Of a stretch of DNA of 64,000 nucleotides, positions 52,984 to 62,769 are shown one piece after another. The stretch covers positions 584,396-648,395 of the forward strand of contig DATKMR010000001.1 in NCBI GenBank assembly GCA_035541795.1. The letters are read 5' to 3'. The notes under the pieces were generated by a model. The model worked only from the letters and a program-made list of their open reading frames with translations, was not told where the DNA came from and made no database searches. Position 1 is the first letter of the stretch; each line of letters opens with the position of its first letter. Position numbers and translations under genes: made by a program. This DNA comes from Bacteroidales bacterium (GTDB taxonomy: Bacteria > Bacteroidota > Bacteroidia > Bacteroidales > VadinHA17).

Positions 52984-53799
52984 ATGGAGGAGAGTGTTCG
53001 GGATAATGCTGACCTTTTATCGAAGGGCGATTACCAGGGTCTTACCGACCATTTGGCCAGCCTGAGATATGCCTGGATGATTCAACAGGCTCTTCTTCCG
53101 GCCGGGGATGTGCTTGGTGGATTGCTTACCGATCATTTTGTTCTGTTCCTCCCGCGCGATATCGTAAGCGGCGATTTTTACTATGCCTGGGCAGATAACG
53201 GATTTATATGCGTGGCTGCAGGCGACTGCACAGGACATGGCGTACCCGGCGCATTGATGAGCATACTGGGTATAAGCTTTCTGAACGAGATTTTCCAGTG
53301 TGGCGTCAGGCATAAGGCCAACAGGGTTCTTAATATGATGCGTGAGAAGGTAATGAAAGCCCTTCATCAGACCGGCGATCTCTCAACGACAAAAGACAGT
53401 ATCGATATCGGTATTTGTATAATTGATAAATCTTCGGGAAAGATGCAATATGCCGGTGCAAACAGGCCATTGATACGGATACGGAACGGCGAGATTACGG
53501 AATTCAGGCCCGACCTGATGACAATTGGGGTGGCACCACTGCGTGAAGTTGCCTTTACAAACAATATAATCGACCTGAAGAAAGGTGACATGTTCTATCT
53601 TTTTTCCGATGGATTCACCGACCAGTTCGGGGCCGTGACAAATAAGAAGTTCAAGCACGCGAACTTCAGGAAGCTTCTCGAGTCAGTCTCTGACCTCAGT
53701 CCTTCGGAGCAGAAAAATACCCTGGAGAAAGCTTTTTATGAATGGAAAGGGGAAGAGCCTCAGGTTGATGACGTACTGATATTCGGATTCAAAATATAA
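52984..53799 (+). CDS. Stand-alone SpoIIE/RsbU-type PP2C phosphatase
   Basis: VSGDFY, GDCTGHGVPGA, FSDGFTDQFG, QVDD. Confidence 0.9.
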   Translation: MEESVRDNADLLSKGDYQGLTDHLASLRYAWMIQQALLPAGDVLGGLLTDHFVLFLPRDIVSGDFYYAWADNGFICVAAGDCTGHGVPGALMSILGISFLNEIFQCGVRHKANRVLNMMREKVMKALHQTGDLSTTKDSIDIGICIIDKSSGKMQYAGANRPLIRIRNGEITEFRPDLMTIGVAPLREVAFTNNIIDLKKGDMFYLFSDGFTDQFGAVTNKKFKHANFRKLLESVSDLSPSEQKNTLEKAFYEWKGEEPQVDDVLIFGFKI

Positions 53800-53810
53800 C
53801 AGCTGATACC

Positions 53811-56099
53811 ATGATAAAGCTCTCAGCATTCAGGATAAGGAATTTCAGATCAATAGTCGATACCGGGTGGCAGAACCTTTCTCCCGACAATATTACATGC
53901 CTGATCGGACAGAATGAATCGGGTAAAACATCACTGCTTGAAGGATTGCGGGCGTTTTATACGGGTACGATTACAGAGGATGTTCTGAGGAGCGACCTTA
54001 CATTGCCTGAAATTACCTGCAGGTTCAGCATTGAGAAGGGATGGCTGCTGAAAGTAACAGACAACCCCGGCCCGGAGATGAAGGAACTACTTTCCGGTCT
54101 TGACCATATTGAACTTTCAAGAACATGGCAGGCCGACTTTTCGTCACTTATAAAGGTCAGCGGTGAAATTAGCGGGTACCTCGATTCGCTTGAAAATGCC
54201 TGGAGGCTTTATCTCGACCAGGTAAAAACCAAGCTGGAAGAAGAAGTCGATGAGATCAGGCAGCTCGACGAATCACTTTCCGGTCTGGAGGAGAGAAGAT
54301 CGGGTCTTGAATTGAAGATAGGCAGTGAAACCAGGTCAGGAATTGGTTTCCGGCTCTTCAGGAAGAAGGAGGCGGAAACACCGGCTGCCTCAGTACCCGG
54401 TTGGCAGGAGCTGAAGAAAGAACTCGCCGAAGTAAACAGGAAAGCCGAGGAGATTAAGAAGGATTTAAAGGATAAGGATTCCCTGAGGAGGGCCGGATTG
54501 AAATACATAGCGCTGAGAGATAATCTTGAAAAGCTTGAGGGCACACTGGCGGAACTCTCATTCAAGCTCGAGGAACACCACCAGAAACTGACTCTTCTCC
54601 TCCTTCCTGAGCCGGAGCATGAGGATCCGGACTGGAACCTGGTACTTGAAGATTACCGTAAAACCAGGAAGCTCAGGGATGAGGTATCATCGGAACTTGA
54701 TACCCACGTGGCCCTCAGTGCTTACATTATGGAGGGCAATCCGGAGGAAGTGGCCGAAAAGATGGTATCCGATACGATCCATACCTACAGGTCGAACTAT
54801 ACCAGCGAGATGCTGGGCAATAAGTACTTTGAGTACTGTCCTGTAATTGAGCTGTTTGAAGATTTCGGGAGCCTGCTGCCGAACAGGATAGATATGGAAG
54901 ATATCGTTGCAGGTAATGAACAGGTGGAAGGATACAAGGCGGCACGAAACTTTCTTACAATAGCGAAGCTTGATTATACTTTCTTCCAGCAGCAGTCGAG
55001 CAGGATACTGAAACAGAAAATTGAAAACCTCAATCACTCGCTTACCGTCAACTTCCAGGATTTCTGGCAGCAGTCGATAGGCCGCAACAATAAGATACGG
55101 ATTCAGTTTGAGCTCGATCATTACAATTCCTCATTCGGGGATAAAGCAGGAAAGCCTTACCTCGAATTTTGGATCAAGGATGAGGGTGAGAGACTCTATC
55201 CCAAGCAGAGAAGCCGTGGAGTAAGGTGGTTTTTGTCATTTTATATGGAGCTGAAGGCTTCGGCCAGCAAATCTGATAAGCACATGGTGCTCCTGGTGGA
55301 CGAACCGGGAGTGAGTCTTCATGCCAGGGCACAGGAGGATGTTCTGAAAGTCTTTGAGGATATCAAGGACCGTATCCAGATTATTTATACCACACATTCA
55401 CCTCATCTTGTTGACATTAACAAGCTTCACAGGGTACTGGCCCTGCAGAGAGACGATGTCGACAGCATGAGGAGCAATACAAGGATACTTGATCCGCTAA
55501 GGCTGTCCGCTGCCTCGCCCGACACCCTGACACCGCTCAGGAGCATTATGGGTAATCCTCTTTCAGGAGAAGGATATTCATCAGAAAGGCTGAATCTTAT
55601 CGTTAATGACGTCGGTACGTTTTATTTTCTCACTGCAGTACTGCAGATAACAGGCTATTCCGGCAAAGTGAGCCTGATCCCGTCAACGGATGTCTCTACT
55701 ATTCCTCTCATGTGCAACATTATGATGGGGTGGGGGCTTCGTTTTGCGGTAATTCTTTTCAGCAACGAGGATGAGAAGAAAATGGAGGAGCTGCTCAACC
55801 AGAGCATCTTCAGGACTGAAGAGAATGGCAATGAACTAATCAAGAGGATGGGTGATGCATTCCTGAACGCCGAGGATATGCTTTCGACCCTTGACTTCAA
55901 AACACATATCCTTGGGAGCAGGGAAGGCATTACCGTATCAAATTCGGTTTATCTTAAGGAGAAGGAGTTGCCAAGGAACTTCCTTTTAAGCCGGTTCCTT
56001 TCACAGGTAAAGTCTGGAACACTTACCATCAGGAATCTTGATGAAGAGAGTGTTGAGAATTTCAGGAACTTTACGGCAATGGTAAAGGGGCTGAAATAA
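53811..56099 (+). CDS. OLD/AAA_15-like ABC ATPase with coiled-coil insert and degenerate TOPRIM-like C-domain
   Basis: IRNFRSI, GQNESGKT, RSRG signature, LLVDEP, TTHS. Confidence 0.8.
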   Translation: MIKLSAFRIRNFRSIVDTGWQNLSPDNITCLIGQNESGKTSLLEGLRAFYTGTITEDVLRSDLTLPEITCRFSIEKGWLLKVTDNPGPEMKELLSGLDHIELSRTWQADFSSLIKVSGEISGYLDSLENAWRLYLDQVKTKLEEEVDEIRQLDESLSGLEERRSGLELKIGSETRSGIGFRLFRKKEAETPAASVPGWQELKKELAEVNRKAEEIKKDLKDKDSLRRAGLKYIALRDNLEKLEGTLAELSFKLEEHHQKLTLLLLPEPEHEDPDWNLVLEDYRKTRKLRDEVSSELDTHVALSAYIMEGNPEEVAEKMVSDTIHTYRSNYTSEMLGNKYFEYCPVIELFEDFGSLLPNRIDMEDIVAGNEQVEGYKAARNFLTIAKLDYTFFQQQSSRILKQKIENLNHSLTVNFQDFWQQSIGRNNKIRIQFELDHYNSSFGDKAGKPYLEFWIKDEGERLYPKQRSRGVRWFLSFYMELKASASKSDKHMVLLVDEPGVSLHARAQEDVLKVFEDIKDRIQIIYTTHSPHLVDINKLHRVLALQRDDVDSMRSNTRILDPLRLSAASPDTLTPLRSIMGNPLSGEGYSSERLNLIVNDVGTFYFLTAVLQITGYSGKVSLIPSTDVSTIPLMCNIMMGWGLRFAVILFSNEDEKKMEELLNQSIFRTEENGNELIKRMGDAFLNAEDMLSTLDFKTHILGSREGITVSNSVYLKEKELPRNFLLSRFLSQVKSGTLTIRNLDEESVENFRNFTAMVKGLK

Positions 56100-56111
56100 A
56101 AATCAATATAT

Positions 56112-56142
56112 TTTGTGCTTTAGGCATGTTTTTTTACTTTTG
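56112..56142 (+). promoter_or_regulatory. tRNA promoter TTTG-N19-TACTTTTG
   Basis: Matches the Bacteroidota -33/-7 consensus. Confidence 0.6.
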
Positions 56143-56174
56143 TCCCGCTCACACCGGGAGTGATGGGTGATCCT

Positions 56175-56202
56175 CCTTCGCCAGGGCTACGGCGGACGAA
56201 GG
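56175..56202. repeat. REP-like palindromic element in the tRNA leader
   Basis: ccttcg-ccagggctacggcgga-cgaagg; resembles an intergenic repeat family I recall, single copy here. Confidence 0.45.
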
Positions 56203-56217
56203 TGGCTGAATGAAATT

Positions 56218-56655
<438 letters not shown>

Positions 56656-56841
56656 GAAAACCAGGCACCCGGTTCGCGTGGTCCGTTTTGCCGGTACCAC
56701 GAGACATACCATTTTTTGTAAGTGGTAAATTTCATTCAATTACCAATTATAATTAACTTAGCAGCCTTAAAAATTTAAATTGTTTCCATTGGCACATTTG
56801 ACGGTGCAAGGCATTTGATTTAAAATTTAAAGCAATCGTGG

Positions 56842-57669
56842 ATGAACAGAGTCAAGGTAAGAGATATTTTTCTGAGCGATGAGAAATTCTTCCTGATATC
56901 AGGTCCCTGCGTCATTGAAGAAGAATCGGTAATGATGAAGGCGGGTGAGACCCTCAGGAGGCTTTCTGATAAATATAATATGCCGGTGATCTACAAGTCA
57001 TCCTTCATGAAGGATAACAGGAGCTCGGTTGATTTTTTTGCGGGTCCCGGCCTTGATGAGGGACTGAAAATGCTTGAGAGGGTGAAAAATACCTTCGGCC
57101 TTCCTGTTCTTTCTGATATACATTACCCCGATCAGATTAAGGCGGCAGCCGACGTACTCGATATCATCCAGATACCGGCTTACCTGTGTATGCAGACCAT
57201 TCTAGTTGTTGAGGCGGCCAAAAGCGGCAAGGCGGTTAATATCAAGCACGGGCAGTTTATAGCGCCCGAGAACATGGGAAAGGTGGTGAAGAAAATTGAA
57301 TCGCAGGGCAATCATGATATTATCGTGACGGAGAGAGGCTATACCTTCGGATACAACGATCTTGTTGTTGATCCTAGAAGCTTCCACGACATGCGTAAAT
57401 TCGGCTATCCTGTTGTGTTCGATATCACTCACAGTATCCGCAAATACGGTATTCCCAGCTCGGATCCTAAAGGAGGCATGAGGGAGTATCTCCCTGTTCT
57501 TTCCAGGGCCGGTGTGGCAGCTGGTGTTGACGGTATCTTTATCGAGGTTCATCCTGATCCGCCATGCGCGAAATGCGATGCGGCAAGCCAGCTGTATCTC
57601 GATACGCTGGAAGAGTTTCTGAAACCTCTTATAGATCTTCATAACACAGAAAAAAAATACCGACTTTAA
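56842..57669 (+). CDS. kdsA: KDO8P synthase, metal-dependent type, divergent
   Basis: GPCVIE, KDNRSS, QIPAYL, GQF, ERG.TFGY, DITHS, EVHP, CDA. Confidence 0.9.
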   Translation: MNRVKVRDIFLSDEKFFLISGPCVIEEESVMMKAGETLRRLSDKYNMPVIYKSSFMKDNRSSVDFFAGPGLDEGLKMLERVKNTFGLPVLSDIHYPDQIKAAADVLDIIQIPAYLCMQTILVVEAAKSGKAVNIKHGQFIAPENMGKVVKKIESQGNHDIIVTERGYTFGYNDLVVDPRSFHDMRKFGYPVVFDITHSIRKYGIPSSDPKGGMREYLPVLSRAGVAAGVDGIFIEVHPDPPCAKCDAASQLYLDTLEEFLKPLIDLHNTEKKYRL

Positions 57670-57681
57670 TCAGAAAAATAT

Positions 57682-58698
57682 ATGGAACTATTTCTTGATT
57701 CAATTAAAATTGATGAAGTAAACGAAGCCAACAAGCTCGGCTTTCTCGATGGACTGACAACAACACCGACATTCATGCACAGGGAAGGCATTAAGGATGT
57801 TGATGCTGCCATACTGAGCCTTTCAAAGCTGGTAAAGGTCCTTATGGTTGAAGCCCTGGGCGACACTGCTGAAGAGGTTGTAAAGGAAGCTGAAAGACAG
57901 CTTGCACTTGGTCTCGACAGGGACAGGATCGTTTTTAAGATCCCGATGTCAATGGAAGGGGTTAGGGCCTGCAAAATGCTCGTGGATAAAGGGCTCAAGG
58001 TTAACCTTCATCTTGTTTATACCTTGCAGCAGGCCTACCTGGCATTTGCTGCCGGCGCAACATATGTTTGTATTCTTGTCGGGAGAATGCAGGACCAGGG
58101 TCAGGACGCACTGGGACTTGTTGAACAGTGTGTTAAGACCGTGGAAAAATATAATTACAAGACTAAAATCATGTTCTCATCCGTGAGGAATGTTGAGCAT
58201 GTAAAGGATGCCCTCCGCCTTGGTGCCCATAACTGTACCATTCCGTGGAGCATAATGAAGCAGCTGCCACACAACCATTTTACCGATATCGGGATTAAAC
58301 AGTTCGTTCAGCATACCGAGCTTCTGACAATCAAGGCATCTGACCTTGTGGTTACGGAAAATGTGCTTATAGATTATAATGCCACTGTGCTTGAAGGTCT
58401 TATCATGATGACCAATTCAAAGCTGGGCGCAATAATTATTCTCGACGGTAAAAAGAAGATTTACAGGATCTTCACCGACGGTGATCTCAGGAGGCTGTTA
58501 AGAGCCGACAACAGCTCCATCCTTCATAAGAAATTCAGCGAGATCGGGTCAAATTCACCAAAGTCGGTCGATATTACAACATCACTGAATGATGTCATTG
58601 CGCTCTTCAGGTCTTCAGAAGTGGATAACCTTGTTGTAGTTGACGGTGATAAGCCTGTGGGCCTGATCGATATCCAGGATGTTCTGAAATGGATATAG
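57682..58698 (+). CDS. Transaldolase/FSA-family domain fused to a CBS pair
   Basis: LFLDS, GLTTTP, VFKIP, AGATY, VGR, SSVR; C-terminal IFTDGDLRR and VGLIDIQD CBS motifs. Confidence 0.85.
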   Translation: MELFLDSIKIDEVNEANKLGFLDGLTTTPTFMHREGIKDVDAAILSLSKLVKVLMVEALGDTAEEVVKEAERQLALGLDRDRIVFKIPMSMEGVRACKMLVDKGLKVNLHLVYTLQQAYLAFAAGATYVCILVGRMQDQGQDALGLVEQCVKTVEKYNYKTKIMFSSVRNVEHVKDALRLGAHNCTIPWSIMKQLPHNHFTDIGIKQFVQHTELLTIKASDLVVTENVLIDYNATVLEGLIMMTNSKLGAIIILDGKKKIYRIFTDGDLRRLLRADNSSILHKKFSEIGSNSPKSVDITTSLNDVIALFRSSEVDNLVVVDGDKPVGLIDIQDVLKWI

Positions 58699-59363
58699 AA
58701 CAGATTTTCTCTGGCATTGGAGGCACATTTCTCTCTTCACGCGAAGAGATGGAGAAGGCTGTCTTAAATACAAAAGCCTTCATTTTCGACTGGGACGGGG
58801 TTTTCAATAACGGGATGAAGAACGGCGATGCGGGTAGCCCCTTTTCCGAGGTCGATTCCATGGGCATAAACCTGATGAGATTCAGCTTCTGGTTGAGGAC
58901 CGGGACCATACCTTACTGTTACATCATTACGGGTATGACTAATCAGACTGCCATAAGCTTCGCAAAAAGAGAGCATTTCGACGGCATAGTGATGAACCTT
59001 AAGAAAAAGAAGCTCGCACTTGATGCAATCTGCCGGATAAGGGCCATTTCACCCAGGGAAGTTGCTTTCGTTTATGATGATGTGATTGATTTGGAAACCG
59101 CAAAAGAGACCGGTTTGTCATTTTATGTATCCAGGTCATCGAACCCTCTGCTCAACAGCTTCGTAAAGGATAACGCTATTTGTGACTATATCACGGCATC
59201 TCCGGGCGGTAACCACGCTCTCAGGGAAATAACTGAGCTTGTAACAGGGTTGTCGGGGAATTACCGGCAGACCATGGAATCAAGAATAGTCTTTTCAAAG
59301 GACTACGAAGAGTACCTTAAAGCAAGGGAGAAAATAATAACAGATTCAGATATCAGCTTATGA
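58689..59363 (+). CDS. HAD phosphatase, KdsC (KDO8P phosphatase)-like
   Basis: FDWDGVF, IITG, YDDVID, GGNHALRE; overlaps the upstream gene. Confidence 0.8.
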   Translation: MDIEQIFSGIGGTFLSSREEMEKAVLNTKAFIFDWDGVFNNGMKNGDAGSPFSEVDSMGINLMRFSFWLRTGTIPYCYIITGMTNQTAISFAKREHFDGIVMNLKKKKLALDAICRIRAISPREVAFVYDDVIDLETAKETGLSFYVSRSSNPLLNSFVKDNAICDYITASPGGNHALREITELVTGLSGNYRQTMESRIVFSKDYEEYLKAREKIITDSDISL

Positions 59364-59383
59364 ACCGGCAGTAATTACAACTG

Positions 59384-60460
59384 CTACATTCTCCTGAACC
59401 AGTCCATGATCTTTTTCCTGTCAACATGCTGCTGCCAATCAGGCCCGTAGGCATGTTTCCACATGTGTTCCAGCTTTATTGAAATGTCGGCCATGTCGCT
59501 GATCTGCTTCTCAGTCAGTTTGGCTGATATGTTAGCAGGAAGATCGATCGAATGCTTCACAAGCATGGCCCTGAACTCTTTCACATCTTCGCCATAGACA
59601 TCTTCAAGCTGGTTGAAAGCAATACAGTTTGCGATGCCATGATGATATCCCAGAATATAGGAAAGCCCGTAAGAAAGGGCATGACAAACTCCCACTTCGC
59701 TGTAACCGATGCTCAGTCCGCCGAAATATGAGGCTACCATTAGCTTTTCATCAGCCTCCTCGCGGGTCAGGTTATCATTCAGGAAGACCTCGCGGCAAAG
59801 TACCTGCGACTGTATTGCATATGAATCGCTTATCGCGTTTTTATTTGTTCCGTTAAGTGATTCAACGTTATGGATATATGCATCCATCCCGGTATAGAAC
59901 CTTTGATTTTTTGGTGCATCATGAATGAGTTCCGGGTCGAGGATTATGAGATCAAAAGGGGTGAACTCTCCTTTGATACCCAGTTTTTTCTCCGGGCCTG
60001 TCAGTACAGCGGTCATGGATACCTCGGCACCCGTTCCCGATAATGTTGGAATTCCGACATGAAAAACTGCATTGTTCTTTGCAAGGTTGAGCCCCTGGTA
60101 TTTTGATGCTGGCCCCTCATTGGTAAGCATGACTGAAATTGCCTTGGCATAATCCATTACGCTTCCTCCGCCTAAGCCAACAATTGCTGAAGGAGGCTGT
60201 TTCCCGCCATTCAGGATCTCATCCCTGATTTTATCTACCATGGCAGTTTTTGGCTCTTCATCGACATTTACCCAGATCAACCTGTCGGCATCTTTTAGCG
60301 GGACCCTTTTAGCAAGCGGTTTGCCCCTGAAGCAGTCATCAACAAGGATGACAACGTAAGAACCGGCATCTTTTCTTTCCAGGTCGAGAATGTCACCGAG
60401 CTGGTTAAAACTTCCTTTTCCAAAAGCACATTTGGGAACCGTCTTAATTATCCTGTACAT
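59384..60460 (-). CDS. kdnB: Iron-containing alcohol dehydrogenase, Kdo 8-oxidase KdnB-like
   Basis: FGKGSF, EPKT, GGGSVMD, PTLSGTGAEVS, YIHNVES, CHALSYG, HHGIAN; paired with kdnA. Confidence 0.82.
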   Translation of the reverse strand: MYRIIKTVPKCAFGKGSFNQLGDILDLERKDAGSYVVILVDDCFRGKPLAKRVPLKDADRLIWVNVDEEPKTAMVDKIRDEILNGGKQPPSAIVGLGGGSVMDYAKAISVMLTNEGPASKYQGLNLAKNNAVFHVGIPTLSGTGAEVSMTAVLTGPEKKLGIKGEFTPFDLIILDPELIHDAPKNQRFYTGMDAYIHNVESLNGTNKNAISDSYAIQSQVLCREVFLNDNLTREEADEKLMVASYFGGLSIGYSEVGVCHALSYGLSYILGYHHGIANCIAFNQLEDVYGEDVKEFRAMLVKHSIDLPANISAKLTEKQISDMADISIKLEHMWKHAYGPDWQQHVDRKKIMDWFRRM

Positions 60461-60490
60461 TTTACAGAGCTTAAATTTCTTAACCTGAGT

Positions 60491-61687
60491 CTAGTTATTA
60501 AAGGCTGCCTTAAAGGCCCTGTCAAGCTTGTCCATAAGGACCTTCATCTCTTCATCTGTCCACATTATCCTGATCTGTATGGAGATCAGTCTCGACATTA
60601 TTGCGTCTGATGCCGGAGTCTTCAGAATGGAGTAGTCCTGTGGCGTTTTGGACAGGGTAACCGGGAGACGGGCAGCTGTGCTGAGCTGCTTCACATGATT
60701 CCAGTTTTTGAAGTAGTGGTAGTTGTTGTCGTACCAGTAGGCATAGCTCACCGATTGCTTGTCAAATTCCTTAAGCAGTTTCCTTGTCATCTGCTCATTT
60801 TCGAGGAAGAAATCGAGGAAGGTTGCGCTGTCACCGCTTTTATCAGGAATTGTCCTGAAGGTGACCTGTTTGTAGTTTGAGAGGAATTTTTCAAGCCTGG
60901 CTTTGTTGGCGCGCTGTTTTTCGAGGATGAAAGGCAGCTTCCTGAACTGGGCCAGGCCAATGGCTGCATGCAGTTCACTAATCCTGTAGTTCGTACCTAT
61001 TATATTATGAGGTTCAGCACCCCTGTTATTCCCGGTATGAGTGTGGCCATGATCGGCATGTTGTGAAGCGGTATCATAAACGGCCCGGTCGTTGGTAATA
61101 ATTGCACCGCCTTCAGCTGCCGAAACGATCTTGAAGAAGTCGAAGGAATAGACTGCAACCTTACCGAATGTTCCCAGCATTTTACCCTTGTAGGATGCAC
61201 CCAGGGCCTGGGCCGTATCCTCTATTAGTATGAGATTGTTCTTATTGCAGAAATCTGTTATCTCATCGATCCTGGCCATTGAGCCGCACATGTGCACCAC
61301 TATCACAGCCTTTGTCCGGGGTGTCAATGTCGCTTTTATAGTGCCGACCGTCAGGCAGAGAGTTTCGTCTATGTCGGCAAAAACAGGAATTGCACCGGCA
61401 TGAAGAACGGCTTCGACAGGTGCAATGAAAGTAAATGTGGGTACAATAACTTCATCACCTACACCTATGCCGCATGCTGCCAGGGCAAGATTATCGGCAG
61501 TTGTTCCGCTTGTGGTGAGATGAGCAAATTTCACCCCGTGATATGCTGCAAGTTCCTGCTCGAAAGTCCTGGCCTTCCATATTCCATTTCTCTGTTCGTC
61601 GTGGTTGTAGCGGAAGAGGATGCCTGTATTAAGAACATCCATCACCTCTCTTTTTTCTTCTTCACCGAAAAGTTCTGTGCCTGGCAT
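60491..61687 (-). CDS. kdnA: DegT/DnrJ PLP aminotransferase, KdnA-like
   Basis: N-terminus MPGTELFGEEEKREV...FRYN..RNGIWK resembles Shewanella KdnA as I recall it; EDTAQ, SFDFFK, DHGH. Confidence 0.82.
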   Translation of the reverse strand: MPGTELFGEEEKREVMDVLNTGILFRYNHDEQRNGIWKARTFEQELAAYHGVKFAHLTTSGTTADNLALAACGIGVGDEVIVPTFTFIAPVEAVLHAGAIPVFADIDETLCLTVGTIKATLTPRTKAVIVVHMCGSMARIDEITDFCNKNNLILIEDTAQALGASYKGKMLGTFGKVAVYSFDFFKIVSAAEGGAIITNDRAVYDTASQHADHGHTHTGNNRGAEPHNIIGTNYRISELHAAIGLAQFRKLPFILEKQRANKARLEKFLSNYKQVTFRTIPDKSGDSATFLDFFLENEQMTRKLLKEFDKQSVSYAYWYDNNYHYFKNWNHVKQLSTAARLPVTLSKTPQDYSILKTPASDAIMSRLISIQIRIMWTDEEMKVLMDKLDRAFKAAFNN

Positions 61688-61991
61688 GGTATTGATTTTT
61701 AAAATTGATGCTGCAAATGTAAAAAAACCTGACTAAACTTATTCTCCGATCGACCAGTAATTAACATTTCTGTACAGCATACAGCGGCTCCGGTCACGGG
61801 TTAATACCTTTAGGAACGGGGTGAAACGGAGAGGGTGGAGGCAGAGAATAATTTTATGAATACGAACAAGTTATCTTTATTTAAATTAAATTTGAATCCG
61901 GATAATATCTACTGCATTTGAATTTTACTGTTAAAAACCCGGTTTAAAAAAAGATTATTAATTTTTTTAGTTGGACGAAGAAAAAATTTTA

Positions 61992-61999
61992 TATATTTG
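61992..61999 (+). promoter_or_regulatory. -7 box TATATTTG for the lipoprotein gene
   Basis: TAnnTTTG in an AT-rich intergenic region. Confidence 0.55.
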
Positions 62000-62084
62000 C
62001 GCCGGAATTTAACAATTAATGTGACGCTAAGAAGTTAATTCACAAATTTCTTTAAATAAAACGAAGTATTAAAAGGTTAGAAAA

Positions 62085-62702
62085 ATGAAGAACAGAATTT
62101 TATTAGGTCTTGCAGCTCTGGCAATGGTTGCATTCCTTTCAAGTTGCGGAAAAGAGCCTGTTGAACAGGAGAAAGCTGTTACTGCAGCTATCGACAGTGC
62201 AAAAGTATTACAGGCTGATGTTTATGTACCTGCTGAATTTGCAGCAGTTCAGGATTCAATGAAAGCTATCACAGCTGCAGTTGAAGTTCAGAAATCAAAG
62301 CTTTTCAAGAAATTTGGTCCGATCAAAGTTAAGCTTGATGAATCTCTTGCTCTTGCTAAGAAAGTAGCAGCTGACGCAGTTTCTAAGAAGGAAGAAGTTA
62401 AGAAGCAGGTTGAAGGTCTTCTTGCTGATACCAAGAAAGTAGCTGAAGATAATGCAAAACTTTTCAAAAGAGCTCCGAGAGGAAAAGAAGGTGCTCAGGT
62501 TCTCGAGCAGATCAAAACTGAATTAGCTACATGCGAAACTGCTTGCACCGATGCACAGGGTCTGTATGACAAGGGTGCCTATATGGACGCTTTCAACAAG
62601 ATCTCAGCTGCAAAAGCTTCAGAAGATAAAATCAATGAAGAACTGACTACAGCTATAACAAAAGCTGGTGGTAAAGTAGTTAAACCGGTTGTTAAGAAGT
62701 AA
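62085..62702 (+). CDS. Alpha-helical lipoprotein (DUF4398-like)
   Basis: Lipobox LSSC; Ala/Lys/Glu-rich helices; A/T-ending codon preference. Confidence 0.8.
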   Translation: MKNRILLGLAALAMVAFLSSCGKEPVEQEKAVTAAIDSAKVLQADVYVPAEFAAVQDSMKAITAAVEVQKSKLFKKFGPIKVKLDESLALAKKVAADAVSKKEEVKKQVEGLLADTKKVAEDNAKLFKRAPRGKEGAQVLEQIKTELATCETACTDAQGLYDKGAYMDAFNKISAAKASEDKINEELTTAITKAGGKVVKPVVKK

Positions 62703-62723
62703 TCTACTTTCAATTCAAAAATA

Positions 62724-62758
62724 AAAATATCCCCGGGAAATCCCCGGGGATTTTTTTA
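62724..62758 (+). terminator. Intrinsic terminator
   Basis: atccccggg-aaatc-cccggggat plus T-run. Confidence 0.75.
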
Positions 62759-62769
62759 AGGAGCAGGTG

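Noticed and set aside
61688..62084. Riboswitch or ncRNA in the 400-bp intergenic region
   Set aside because: A short G-rich patch but no recognisable motif or convincing fold; divergent promoters explain most of it.
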